From Candidatus Rokubacteria bacterium GWA2_73_35 (GTDB taxonomy: Bacteria; Methylomirabilota; Methylomirabilia; Rokubacteriales; CSP1-6): a stretch of DNA of 37,688 bases. The stretch lies in NCBI GenBank assembly GCA_001790205.1, contig MGBU01000233.1, positions 1 through 37,688 of the forward strand, written 5' to 3'. This document shows, piece after piece, positions 8,699 through 16,924 of the stretch. The position numbers and the translations under genes are program-made. A model generated the notes under the pieces. That model did not search any database, was not told where the DNA came from, and worked only from the letters and a program-made list of their open reading frames with translations. How positions within the stretch are numbered: the first letter of the stretch is position 1; each line of letters begins with the position of its first letter.

Positions 8699-9019
8699 AT
8701 GGGCGATGTGTGGATTACCGACATAAGGCACTACCTCGATGGCAACGGCGATCTGGCCGCCATGCCGGGGCCCGCCATGAACCTGGCGTTACACCTCGGT
8801 TCCATCGTGGCGTGGGTCACCAGCCGGCCTGCACGAGGAGTGGAACGCACGAACGTTCCGTGCCGCCGGAGCCCGGGGCGGAAGAGATGTCCGGGGGAAG
8901 TCGTCGCGACTTGCGACCTGGTGGCCGGCGAAGTGGAGTGGCGCTGCGAGCGCTGTGGCGACAATGGCGTGATCAGTGGATGGGAAGGAACGCGTTGGGA
9001 TCGAAGAGAGGAGCCCTGA
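8699..9019 (+). CDS. hypothetical protein with C-terminal Cys-rich (zinc-ribbon-like) region
   Basis: 106-aa ORF MGDVWITDIRHYLD... with C-x9-C ... C-x2-C (CRRSPGRKRC...CERC). Protein-like composition. Its stop and the GlcG ATG overlap by 1 nt. Confidence 0.5.
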   Translation: MGDVWITDIRHYLDGNGDLAAMPGPAMNLALHLGSIVAWVTSRPARGVERTNVPCRRSPGRKRCPGEVVATCDLVAGEVEWRCERCGDNGVISGWEGTRWDRREEP

Positions 9020-9483
9020 TGGCCAGGCTGACCCTGCAGGCCGCCTCGCAGATCGTGGACACGGCGCTCGCGCGCGGGCGCGAGCACCGGATGCTGCGGC
9101 TCACCGTGGCCGTGCTGGACGCCGGCGGCCACCTGGTCGCGCTCAAGCGCGAGGACGGCTCGGGGATCCTCCGGCCCGAGATCGCGATCGGCAAGGCGTG
9201 GGGCGCGCTCGGGATGGGCTTCTCGAGCCGGCTGCTCCGCGACCGGCTGACGGACCGCCCGACGTTCGTCACGGCGCTGGCGGCGGCGTCGGAGGGCCGG
9301 TTCGTGCCGGTGCCGGGCGGCGTGCTGATCCGCGCCGCCGACGGTGAGGTGCTCGGCGCCGTCGGCATCAGCGGCGACACCTCGGACAAGGACGAGTACT
9401 GCGCGATCGAGGGCGTCAGGGCCGCCGGGCTCGCGCCGGACCCGGCTGAGCCCGCGCCCGGCTGGGCCGAGTCGAAGCTCTGA
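9019..9483 (+). CDS. GlcG/HbpS-like (DUF336) heme-binding protein
   Basis: Internal ATG of track ORF 8710..9483. Reads MARLTLQAASQIVDTALARGRE...AVLDAGGHLVAL...IAIGKAWGALG...GGVLI...GAVGISGDTSDKDEYCA. Confidence 0.85.
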   Translation: MARLTLQAASQIVDTALARGREHRMLRLTVAVLDAGGHLVALKREDGSGILRPEIAIGKAWGALGMGFSSRLLRDRLTDRPTFVTALAAASEGRFVPVPGGVLIRAADGEVLGAVGISGDTSDKDEYCAIEGVRAAGLAPDPAEPAPGWAESKL

Positions 9484-9656
9484 GCGGCGCCGTCCGCATC
9501 CGCCTCGGCGGCTACCAGGGGCCCGCGTCGGTCCACACGCGCGGCGCCGAGGCCTTCGGGCGCGCGCTCGCCGCGCGGCTCGGCGCCGCCGTCCGCGTCG
9601 AGCTCGAGGCCGACGTCACCGCCGCCGGGCGCCGCGCGGCGGATCTCCTCGCACTG

Positions 9657-10421
9657 GTGGAAGGCGGCGCGCTCGAGCTCGGCTACTTCTCGACGAGCTA
9701 CCTGGCCGAGCGCGCGCCGGAGCTGGCCGTGCTCGACCTGCCCTTCGCCGTCGCGCGCCGGGAGGCCGTGTACGCGGCGCTCGACGGCGAGCTCGGCCGC
9801 CGCCTCGCCGACGGGCTCGCGGCGCGGAGCGGCTTCCGCGTCCTCGGCTGGTGGGACAACGGCTTCCGCCACCTCACCAACCGCGTGCGGCCGCTCCGCG
9901 CGCCCGCCGACTGCCGCGGCCTCCGGCTGCGCACGCTCGCGAGCGCGCTGCAGCAGGCGGTCTTCCGCGCGCTCGGCTTCGAGCCCGTGTTCCTCGACCC
10001 GAAGGACCTCGTCCCCGCCGTCCGGAGCGGTGCGGTCGACGCGCAGGAGAACCCGCTGACCAACATCTGGAACTTCGGGATCCACGCGGACCACCGCCAC
10101 CTGACGCTGTCCGCGCACGTCTTCGGCGTCGCGGCGCTCCTCTGCCACGCGGCGAGCTGGCGCGCCTGGCCGGCCGAGGTCCGGCAGGCCGTGGCGGAGG
10201 CGGCGGCCGAGGCGGGGGCCGCGCAGCGGCGGCTCGCCGCGGCGGAGGACGTGGACGTGCTCGCGAGGCTCGAGGCCGCGGGCGTCGCGATCGTGCGCCT
10301 CACCGACGACGAGCGGGGCGCCTTCGCACGGGCGGTCGAGCCGGCGGTCGCGCCCGCGCGTGACGGCCTCGACGCGCGGCTCCGGGCCCTCCTCCCCGCG
10401 CCCGCGGGTTTTCGCCGTTGA
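9657..10421 (+). CDS. DctP-type (TRAP) solute-binding-protein-like ORF; similarity continues upstream to about 9483 with no canonical start and no signal peptide
   Basis: First canonical start is GTG 9657. The same frame is open from 9450 and reads SGAVRIRLGGYQGPASVHTRGAEAFGRALAARLG..., which looks like the mature N-terminus of a DctP-family protein. There are no dctQ/dctM genes nearby. Confidence 0.6.
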   Translation: MEGGALELGYFSTSYLAERAPELAVLDLPFAVARREAVYAALDGELGRRLADGLAARSGFRVLGWWDNGFRHLTNRVRPLRAPADCRGLRLRTLASALQQAVFRALGFEPVFLDPKDLVPAVRSGAVDAQENPLTNIWNFGIHADHRHLTLSAHVFGVAALLCHAASWRAWPAEVRQAVAEAAAEAGAAQRRLAAAEDVDVLARLEAAGVAIVRLTDDERGAFARAVEPAVAPARDGLDARLRALLPAPAGFRR

Positions 10422-10457
10422 CGCACGGCTCCGAATTCGAGAGCATGAGGCCTCGCC

Positions 10458-11231
10458 ATGCCCGACGAGATCCGCTGCGCGACCGCCGACGGCGTCGCCA
10501 CCGTCACGCTCAACCGCCCTGACAAGCGCAACGCGCTGAACCGGGTGCTCCTCGACGCCCTCGTCGCCTGCTTCGGGCGTCTCGAGGAGGATCCCGCCGT
10601 GCGCGTCGTCGTCGTGCGCGGCGCGGGGCCCGCGTTCTGCGCGGGGATGGATCTCGACGAGCTGGCCCGACGCCAGGCCGAGGCCGCGGACCCCGAGAGC
10701 CCCGTCGTCGCCGCGCTCGGGCAGATCGAGCGGAGCCGCCACCCCACCATCGCGATGCTCCACGGCGACGCCTTCGCCGGCGGCTTGGAGCTGGCGCTCC
10801 ACTGCGACCTGCGGATCGCCGCCGAGCCCGCGCGCTTCGCGATGCCGCTCGCGCGCATCGGGCTGGTCGTCCCGTTCACGCTGGGCCAGAAGCTCGTCGA
10901 GATCGTCGGCCCGGCGCACACGCGGCACCTGCTCCTGACCGGGCGGTCGCTCCCGGCCCGCCGCGCGTGGGAGATCGGGATGGTCCACGAGGTCGTGCCG
11001 GCGGCCGACCTCGAGCGGGCGACGGGCGAGCTGGCGCGGACGATCGCCGACAACGCGCCGCTCGCGCTCGCCGGCCTCAAGGCGACGATCGCGCGCGCGA
11101 TCTCCGCGCGCACCGGGATCGAGCACGCGGACCTCGACGCGCTCGCCGCGCGGGCGCGCCGGAGCCGGGACGCCAGGGAGGGCGTGCGCGCGATGCTCGA
11201 GAAGCGCCGCCCGGTCTTCCGGGGGGAGTGA
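10458..11231 (+). CDS. enoyl-CoA hydratase/isomerase (crotonase) family protein
   Basis: ATVTLNRPDKRNAL, FCAGMDL, HGDAFAGGLELALHCD, EGVRAMLEKRRPVF. Confidence 0.9.
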   Translation: MPDEIRCATADGVATVTLNRPDKRNALNRVLLDALVACFGRLEEDPAVRVVVVRGAGPAFCAGMDLDELARRQAEAADPESPVVAALGQIERSRHPTIAMLHGDAFAGGLELALHCDLRIAAEPARFAMPLARIGLVVPFTLGQKLVEIVGPAHTRHLLLTGRSLPARRAWEIGMVHEVVPAADLERATGELARTIADNAPLALAGLKATIARAISARTGIEHADLDALAARARRSRDAREGVRAMLEKRRPVFRGE

Positions 11232-11233
11232 GC

Positions 11234-12277
11234 ATGCGATTCGGGATCCAGCAGCTCCTGACGTTCCGCGAGTGGCAGACGGAGGCCGAGGTCTACGCCC
11301 AGGCGCTCGCCGAGGCGCGCCTGGCCGACGAGGTCGGCTTCCACGCCGTCTGGCTCGCCGAGCACCATTTCTCGTCCTACGGCATCTGCCCCTCGCTCGG
11401 CGTGCTCGCCGCGGCGGTCGCGCGCGAGACGCGGCGCGTGCGCATCGGCACCGGCGTCGTGATCGCGCCCTTCGCCCACCCGATCCGCATCGCCGAGGAG
11501 TTCGGGATGGTCGACCTCCTCTCGGGCGGGCGGCTCGAGTTCGGGCTGGGGCGCGGCTACCAGCCGAAGGAGTTCCGCGGCCTCGGCGTCTCGATGGAGA
11601 AGACCCGCGAGCGCTTCGACGAGGCGCTCGAGGTGATCCGCCGCGCCTGGACCGAGGACGTCGTGAGCTTCGAGGGCGAGTTCTACCGCGTGCCGGGCCT
11701 GCGCGTGGCCCCCAAGCCGCTCCAGAAGCCGCACCCGCCGCTCTGGACCGCCGCGGTCTCGCCCGACACCTACACGCTCGCCGCGCGCCGCGGCCTCCGG
11801 ATCCTGGTCTCGCCCGCGTTCACGCCCTGGGACATCCTCCGGAAGAACTTCGACGCCTACCACGCGGCCTGGCGCGAGACGCACGGCACCGACGCGGGCG
11901 CGGAGATCTGCATGAACAAGATCATCCACGTCGCCGACTCCTCGCGGCAGGCGCGCGAGGACCTGCGCGAGCCGATCCGCTGGTTCTTCCGCGCCCAGGC
12001 CGACCTGATCGCCGACGCCGAGGGCGTGCCGCCCGACCAGTACAGGTTCTACCGCCGCGTGCGCGAGAACCTCCTGTCGCTCTCCGAGGAGACGGCGCTC
12101 GATCAGGCCGCGATCTGCGGCGACCCCGAGGAGGTCGCCGACAAGCTGCGCGAGCACCACGAGGCGCTCGGGATCGGGTACGTCATGGGCGCCTTCAACC
12201 GCGGCGGCGTCCCGCACGACAAGATCCTCCGGTCGATGCGCCTGTTCGGCGAGAAGGTCATCCCGAGGCTCGCGTGA
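11234..12277 (+). CDS. LLM-class (luciferase-like) flavin-dependent oxidoreductase
   Basis: Internal ATG of track ORF 10967..12277. Reads MRFGIQQLL...FHAVWLAEHHFSSYG...GRLEFGLGRGY...PKPLQKPHPPLW. Confidence 0.9.
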   Translation: MRFGIQQLLTFREWQTEAEVYAQALAEARLADEVGFHAVWLAEHHFSSYGICPSLGVLAAAVARETRRVRIGTGVVIAPFAHPIRIAEEFGMVDLLSGGRLEFGLGRGYQPKEFRGLGVSMEKTRERFDEALEVIRRAWTEDVVSFEGEFYRVPGLRVAPKPLQKPHPPLWTAAVSPDTYTLAARRGLRILVSPAFTPWDILRKNFDAYHAAWRETHGTDAGAEICMNKIIHVADSSRQAREDLREPIRWFFRAQADLIADAEGVPPDQYRFYRRVRENLLSLSEETALDQAAICGDPEEVADKLREHHEALGIGYVMGAFNRGGVPHDKILRSMRLFGEKVIPRLA

Positions 12278-13137
12278 CGCTGGCGCTCGGCGAGGTCACG
12301 CTCGACCGGGTCGTCGAGATCGGCCGCTCGGCCTACCCGACGACCTCGATGCTCCCGGACTCGACGCCGGAGGCCCTCGCCCGCCACCACGCCTGGCTCA
12401 AGCCCGACTTCTGGGACGACGCCGTCGGCGACCTCGGCGCGCGCATCCAGACCTGGATCGTGCGCACGCCCCGGACGACCGTGCTGATCGACACGGGCGT
12501 CGGCAACGGCAAGGCGCGCCCGGACTCCCCGGTCTGGCACATGCGCGAGGGCGCGTGGCTCGAGGACCTCGCGGCGGCGGGGCTCGGACCCGAGCAGGTG
12601 GACGTCGTCCTCTGCACGCACCTGCACGTGGACCACGTGGGCTGGAACACGCGCTGGGACGGCGCGCGCTGGGTGCCCACGTTCCCCCGCGCGCGCTACC
12701 TGTTCGCCGGCGAGGAGTGGGAGTTCTGGAAGTGGGAGGCCGCGAGCGGCCGCGAGCCGTACGGCTGCATCGCCGACAGCGTCGTGCCCGTGGTCGAGGC
12801 GGGCCAGGCCGAGCTGGTCGGCGCCACGCACGCGGTGGACCCCTGGCTCACGCTCGAGTCCTCGCGCGGCCACACGCCCGGCCACGTGTCCGTGCGCCTC
12901 CGGACGCGCGACGGCGAGGCCGTTTTCCCGGGCGACGTGATGCACCGCACCGTGCAAGTCGCCGAGCCCCAGTGGTCGAGCCGCTTCTGCTGGGACCCGC
13001 GCGCGGCGGCCGCCACGCGCCGCGAGTTCGTCGAGCGGCACGCCGACTCGGGCGTCCTCGTCCTGCCCGCGCACTTCCCCCGCCCCGGCTACGTCGTCCG
13101 CGAGGGCGCGGGCCACCGCTTCGTCCCCGCCGCCTGA
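12274..13137 (+). CDS. MBL-fold metallo-hydrolase
   Basis: GTG 12274 overlaps the LLM stop (GTGA). Has an HxHxDH motif (CTHLHVDHVGW) and GHTPGH. Confidence 0.85.
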   Translation: MTLALGEVTLDRVVEIGRSAYPTTSMLPDSTPEALARHHAWLKPDFWDDAVGDLGARIQTWIVRTPRTTVLIDTGVGNGKARPDSPVWHMREGAWLEDLAAAGLGPEQVDVVLCTHLHVDHVGWNTRWDGARWVPTFPRARYLFAGEEWEFWKWEAASGREPYGCIADSVVPVVEAGQAELVGATHAVDPWLTLESSRGHTPGHVSVRLRTRDGEAVFPGDVMHRTVQVAEPQWSSRFCWDPRAAAATRREFVERHADSGVLVLPAHFPRPGYVVREGAGHRFVPAA

Positions 13138-13177
13138 GGCACCGCACCTCCTCATCGGGGCCGCCGCTGCTCGTCTG

Positions 13178-15866
13178 CTTTCAGTCCCCTCCTCATCGGG
13201 GAACATCGTCGAACGTGTTCCAGCCGGCGCCCAAGCCAGCGGAGTTCCTGTTTCAGTCCCCTCCTCATCGGGGAACATCGTCGAACGATCATCGCCCTCG
13301 TGCTCTCGATCGTCAAGATGCTGTTTCAGTCCCCTCCTCATCGGGGAACATCGTCGAACGGCGAGCTGATCGCGGAGCTGCTCGCGGAGCGTCAGTTTCA
13401 GTCCCCTCCTCATCGGGGAACATCGTCGAGCCGTTCAGGGAGGCGATGTCGGGCAGCGCCGTATGCGACGTTTCAGTCCCCTCCTCATCGGGGAACATCG
13501 TCGAACTCGACCAGCGACTCGGCGAGTCCAGCAAACGCCTGGTTTCAGTCCCCTCCTCATCGGGGAACATCGTCGAACCCGGGCACTCCGGCGCGTCCTC
13601 GAGGGCGATGGTGGTTTCAGTCCCCTCCTCATCGGGGAACATCGTCGAACTCATGAAGCGGTGCATCCAGCCGCTCGCGCGCGTGCACGTTTCAGTCCCC
13701 TCCTCATCGGGGAACATCGTCGAACTTAATACAGCACTTCTTACGTTGCACGATGAGAGTACTTGTTTCAGTCCCCTCCTCATCGGGGAACATCGTCGAA
13801 CCTCTTCGTGTGCGCGATTCCGCGCCTGCCGCTTAGTCAGTTTCAGTCCCCTCCTCATCGGGGAACATCGTCGAACTTGAACGGCGCAAGCTGCGCCAAC
13901 AAAAACGTAGCCAGGTTTCAGTCCCCTCCTCATCGGGGAACATCGTCGAACTCGCCGACGATCGACGACGGGTCGTCGGACTGGAAAGCGTTTCAGTCCC
14001 CTCCTCATCGGGGAACATCGTCGAACGATAGTCCTTCCGGGCGCCCGGGTCTCGGCCGTCCAGTTTCAGTCCCCTCCTCATCGGGGAACATCGTCGAACG
14101 CACGGGGACGTTTGTGGTGTTTGCCATTTTGATCATGTTTCAGTCCCCTCCTCATCGGGGAACATCGTCGAACTGGAGTCGCCGGGTCAAGGAATTCAGC
14201 CTGACGACGGGTTTCAGTCCCCTCCTCATCGGGGAACATCGTCGAACGCCGCGCCCACGCCGCCTCCGCCGCCGCAGAGCGGGTTTCAGTCCCCTCCTCA
14301 TCGGGGAACATCGTCGAACTCCGACGCCCGAGGAAGATCGTAGAGGCCTGATCCAGCGTTTCAGTCCCCTCCTCATCGGGGAACATCGTCGAACCCCGGG
14401 GACTTCGTCGCGGGGTCGCTCCGCACGGTGGTTTCAGTCCCCTCCTCATCGGGGAACATCGTCGAACTCGTCCGGGGCGGTCGGATCTTCGTCGTCCCGC
14501 TCTGCCGTTTCAGTCCCCTCCTCATCGAGGAACATCGTCGAACCAGGTAGGGCCAGGCGGGCGGCACCCACTCGACGCGCGTTTCAGTCCCCTCCTCATC
14601 GGGGAACATCGTCGAACCAGATGAGCACCTGCTCTAAGCCCGGCTGTGCCTGGTTTCAGTCCCCTCCTCATCGGGGAACATCGTCGAACCGTGATCATCG
14701 TGCGGATGCGCGCGGCGTCGGCGCGTTTCAGTCCCCTCCTCATCGGGGAACATCGTCGAACTCGGCGCGTACCTCGATCATACGCTGGGGATGGAGGACA
14801 GTTTCAGTCCCCTCCTCATCGGGGAACATCGTCGAACGATGCCGCCCCGGCCGAGGCGCGGCGCGTCCGGTACTGTTTCAGTCCCCTCCTCATCGGGGAA
14901 CATCGTCGAACACTCATCGACCCGCCCCGCAGCGACCGCCCGCACGAGTTTCAGTCCCCTCCTCATCGGGGAACATCGTCGAACCGTACAGGGACCGCAT
15001 CCCGGCCTGCACCAGCTCCTGTTTCAGTCCCCTCCTCATCGGGGAACATCGTCGAACTCGGCGCGCTCCTCGAGCAGCCGGAGACCTGGGAGGTTTCAGT
15101 CCCCTCCTCATCGGGGAACATCGTCGAACGTGGAAGGCAGCGTAGCGGAATCAGCGACTACGTGTTCTGTTTCAGTCCCCTCCTCATCGGGGAACATCGT
15201 CGAACTCCCCCGAGGGACTGCGGGCGCGGGCCATGGAGATCAGTTTCAGTCCCCTCCTCATCGGGGAACATCGTCGAACCGGGTTGCGCGGGTAGAGGAC
15301 CAATAAGCGCGCCTACTAGTTTCAGTCCCCTCCTCATCGGGGAACATCGTCGAACCACGGACGACTTCGGGGTCCGCATCCTGAAGTATGTCGTTTCAGT
15401 CCCCTCCTCATCGGGGAACATCGTCGAACCCCGCACGTGGTAGCCCCCCAGCACCGGATGCATCGTTTCAGTCCCCTCCTCATCGGGGAACATCGTCGAA
15501 CGCCGGCTTCCTGGCGCGCCCGACCGTGCGGCTGCGTTTCAGTCCCCTCCTCATCGGGGAACATCGTCGAACCGCGGACGCTGGACCGGCTGATCCGTGA
15601 CTTCATCCGTTTCAGTCCCCTCCTCATCGGGGAACATCGTCGAACGGTGCCAGACCTCCTCATAGCCGCTTCGCCGATACAGGTTTCAGTCCCCTCCTCA
15701 TCGGGGAACATCGTCGAACGCTACGGCATGCCCCCGGCCGCCGCGAGCTTCGGCAGTTTCAGTCCCCTCCTCATCGGGGAACATCGTCGAACAGGCGGCG
15801 GCGGCCCGCGAGCAGCAGCAGATCTACGCGTTTCAGTCCCCTCCTCATCGGGGAACATCGTCGAAC
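13178..15866 (-). CRISPR. CRISPR array: 37 repeats of 37 nt and 36 unique spacers of 34-39 nt; inferred transcription on the minus strand
   Basis: Plus-strand repeat is GTTTCAGTCCCCTCCTCATCGGGGAACATCGTCGAAC. Minus-strand form is GTTCGACGATGTTCCCCGATGAGGAGGGGACTGAAAC, ending in the GAAAC typical of Cas6-processed repeats. Repeat starts: 13178, 13250, 13323, 13395, 13470, 13542, 13614, 13689, 13765, 13840, 13915, 13990, 14063, 14137, 14211, 14283, 14358, 14431, 14507, 14581, 14653, 14725, 14801, 14875, 14948, 15021, 15093, 15169, 15243, 15319, 15393, 15465, 15536, 15609, 15683, 15756, 15830. Variant repeats are at 13178 (first base C), 13395 (GTCGAGC) and 14507 (ATCGAGG). Confidence 0.97.
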
Positions 15867-15981
15867 CGCAGTTTTCCCGCACAAAAATCGATAGGTTGCG
15901 CCCCCTCGCAGGACTCCGGGGTTCGCAAGGGCACTATCCACACCAGAGCGGGCTCGATCTGCGAACCTCGTACCCACAATC
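15867..15981 (-). promoter_or_regulatory. putative CRISPR leader between the cas4 stop and the first (newest) repeat
   Basis: 115-nt non-coding stretch, locally AT-richer next to the repeat (minus strand ...TATCGATTTTTGTGCGGGAAAACTGCG-repeat). Its position next to the perfectly conserved end of the array, with degenerate repeats at the far end, supports the polarity. No promoter was mapped. Confidence 0.5.
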
Positions 15982-16602
15982 TCACCATATGTCCCCGCAG
16001 TAATTCCGAAACTCGCAGACCTCGCAGCGGCTGCGCAGGGAAGTAGGTGGCGGCAGCTCCTCGCGCTCCATCATCCGCCGCAGCTCCACAATCGCCGAGC
16101 GCACTCCGTTACGATCGGCCTCGGTGAGCGCGAGGCTGACCACGCGCTTCTCGGGCACGAGGTAGATGAACCCGTCCGGAGCCGGGCGTGCGAACGCTTC
16201 CTCGGCCAGGAGCGCATAGGCCGCAACTTGGAGTCGATGGTTCCTTCGCGGCCCGCCCTCCGTGTCCTTGAAGTCCACAGGGTAGCAGGCCTCGGGTGTC
16301 AGGATGAGCAGATCGAGCTTGCCGGAGAGTCCCAGGCGGTCGGACTGAAGCCAGAGGCCGAAGCGGCGCTCGCCCTCCCGCATCCCGTAGGCGCGGAAGC
16401 CGCGGCGCCGCTCGAGCGCCTCCACGGCGGCCTGGACGTCTTTGCCGCGCCTCATCTTGTACGTTGGCGTCGGCCGCACCGGCAGCACGTAGCGGTAGAA
16501 CGGGATGCGGGGGCAATACGCCCATTGCTTGAGGTCCGTCGCAGTCACCGTGACCGGCGCGGCCGCGACAGCCGCGCCCGCCTCCGGCCCCGTCTCACCC
16601 AT
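15982..16602 (-). CDS. cas4: CRISPR-associated exonuclease Cas4
   Basis: RecB-like nuclease with N-terminal Cys (WAYCPRIPFY), DFKD, QVAAYALL and a C-terminal CEVCEFRNYC cluster. ATG 16602 (MGETGPE...) overlaps the cas2 stop by 8 nt. The track ORF extends to 16656. Confidence 0.85.
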   Translation of the reverse strand: MGETGPEAGAAVAAAPVTVTATDLKQWAYCPRIPFYRYVLPVRPTPTYKMRRGKDVQAAVEALERRRGFRAYGMREGERRFGLWLQSDRLGLSGKLDLLILTPEACYPVDFKDTEGGPRRNHRLQVAAYALLAEEAFARPAPDGFIYLVPEKRVVSLALTEADRNGVRSAIVELRRMMEREELPPPTSLRSRCEVCEFRNYCGDIW

Positions 16603-16924
16603 CGGCGCGTTCCTCCGCCTTCGGCTCGTTGACGAACTCGCGCTTGGCCGCGACATCCTTCTCGCACACGGGGAGCAACAGGATCTTCCCCACGTCTTCG
16701 CCGAGCGTGTCGGCCAGCCGGGCCGTCAGCTCGCCCCGCCGGCTCGCGTCGAGCGCGCCGCAGAAAGCGCTGTACTGGATGCGCTCGAGCCCGTAGTCCT
16801 TGCAGGCGTTGGCCACTCGGCCGCGCACGCGGTCGTCCTGGATGTCGTAGACCACGAAGGTCAGGAGCTGCTGGCCCCGCAAGGCCCGCTCACCACTTGA
16901 AGGCGAAGCAGCGGTACGGCTCAC
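16595..16924 (-). CDS. cas2: CRISPR-associated endoribonuclease Cas2
   Basis: LLTFVVYDIQDDRVRGRVANACKDYGLERIQYSAFCG...ILLLPVC. The true start may be the TTG a few nt after the cas1 stop rather than ATG 16924. Confidence 0.85.
   Translation of the reverse strand: MSRTAASPSSGERALRGQQLLTFVVYDIQDDRVRGRVANACKDYGLERIQYSAFCGALDASRRGELTARLADTLGEDVGKILLLPVCEKDVAAKREFVNEPKAEERADG

Noticed and set aside
9478-9486. Possible programmed frameshift fusing the GlcG-like protein to the DctP-like ORF
   Set aside because: There is no slippery heptamer and no precedent for such a fusion. The two domains belong to unrelated functional classes.
8973-12217. Very long minus-strand ORFs 8973..11126 (717 aa) and 9698..12217 (839 aa). 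Similar long ORFs occur elsewhere: 3552..5015 +, 4769..5863 -, 16983..18197 +, 19260..20624 -, 28825..30054 +, 33840..36476 +, 34630..36345 -
   Set aside because: They are shadow frames of GC-rich coding DNA, with extreme Arg/Ala/Gly/Pro composition and no recognisable motifs. Each lies antisense or out of frame to genes with clear family signatures.
13178-15866. Self-targeting spacers against this window, or a match between the cas5 mini-unit spacer (23270-23307) and any promoter here
   Set aside because: Only short GC-rich matches of 7-10 nt were seen by eye, as expected by chance. This needs a computational search of the full genome.
13172-16003. Dozens of track ORFs across the array on both strands (for example 13763..15145 of 460 aa, 13313..14008, 14646..15443), with reiterated peptides FQSPPHRGTSSN, FSPLLIGEHRRT, VSVPSSSGNIVE, MRRGLK and MFPDEEGTET
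   Set aside because: They are translations of the 37-nt CRISPR repeat in different frames. The periodicity is that of the array, not of a protein.
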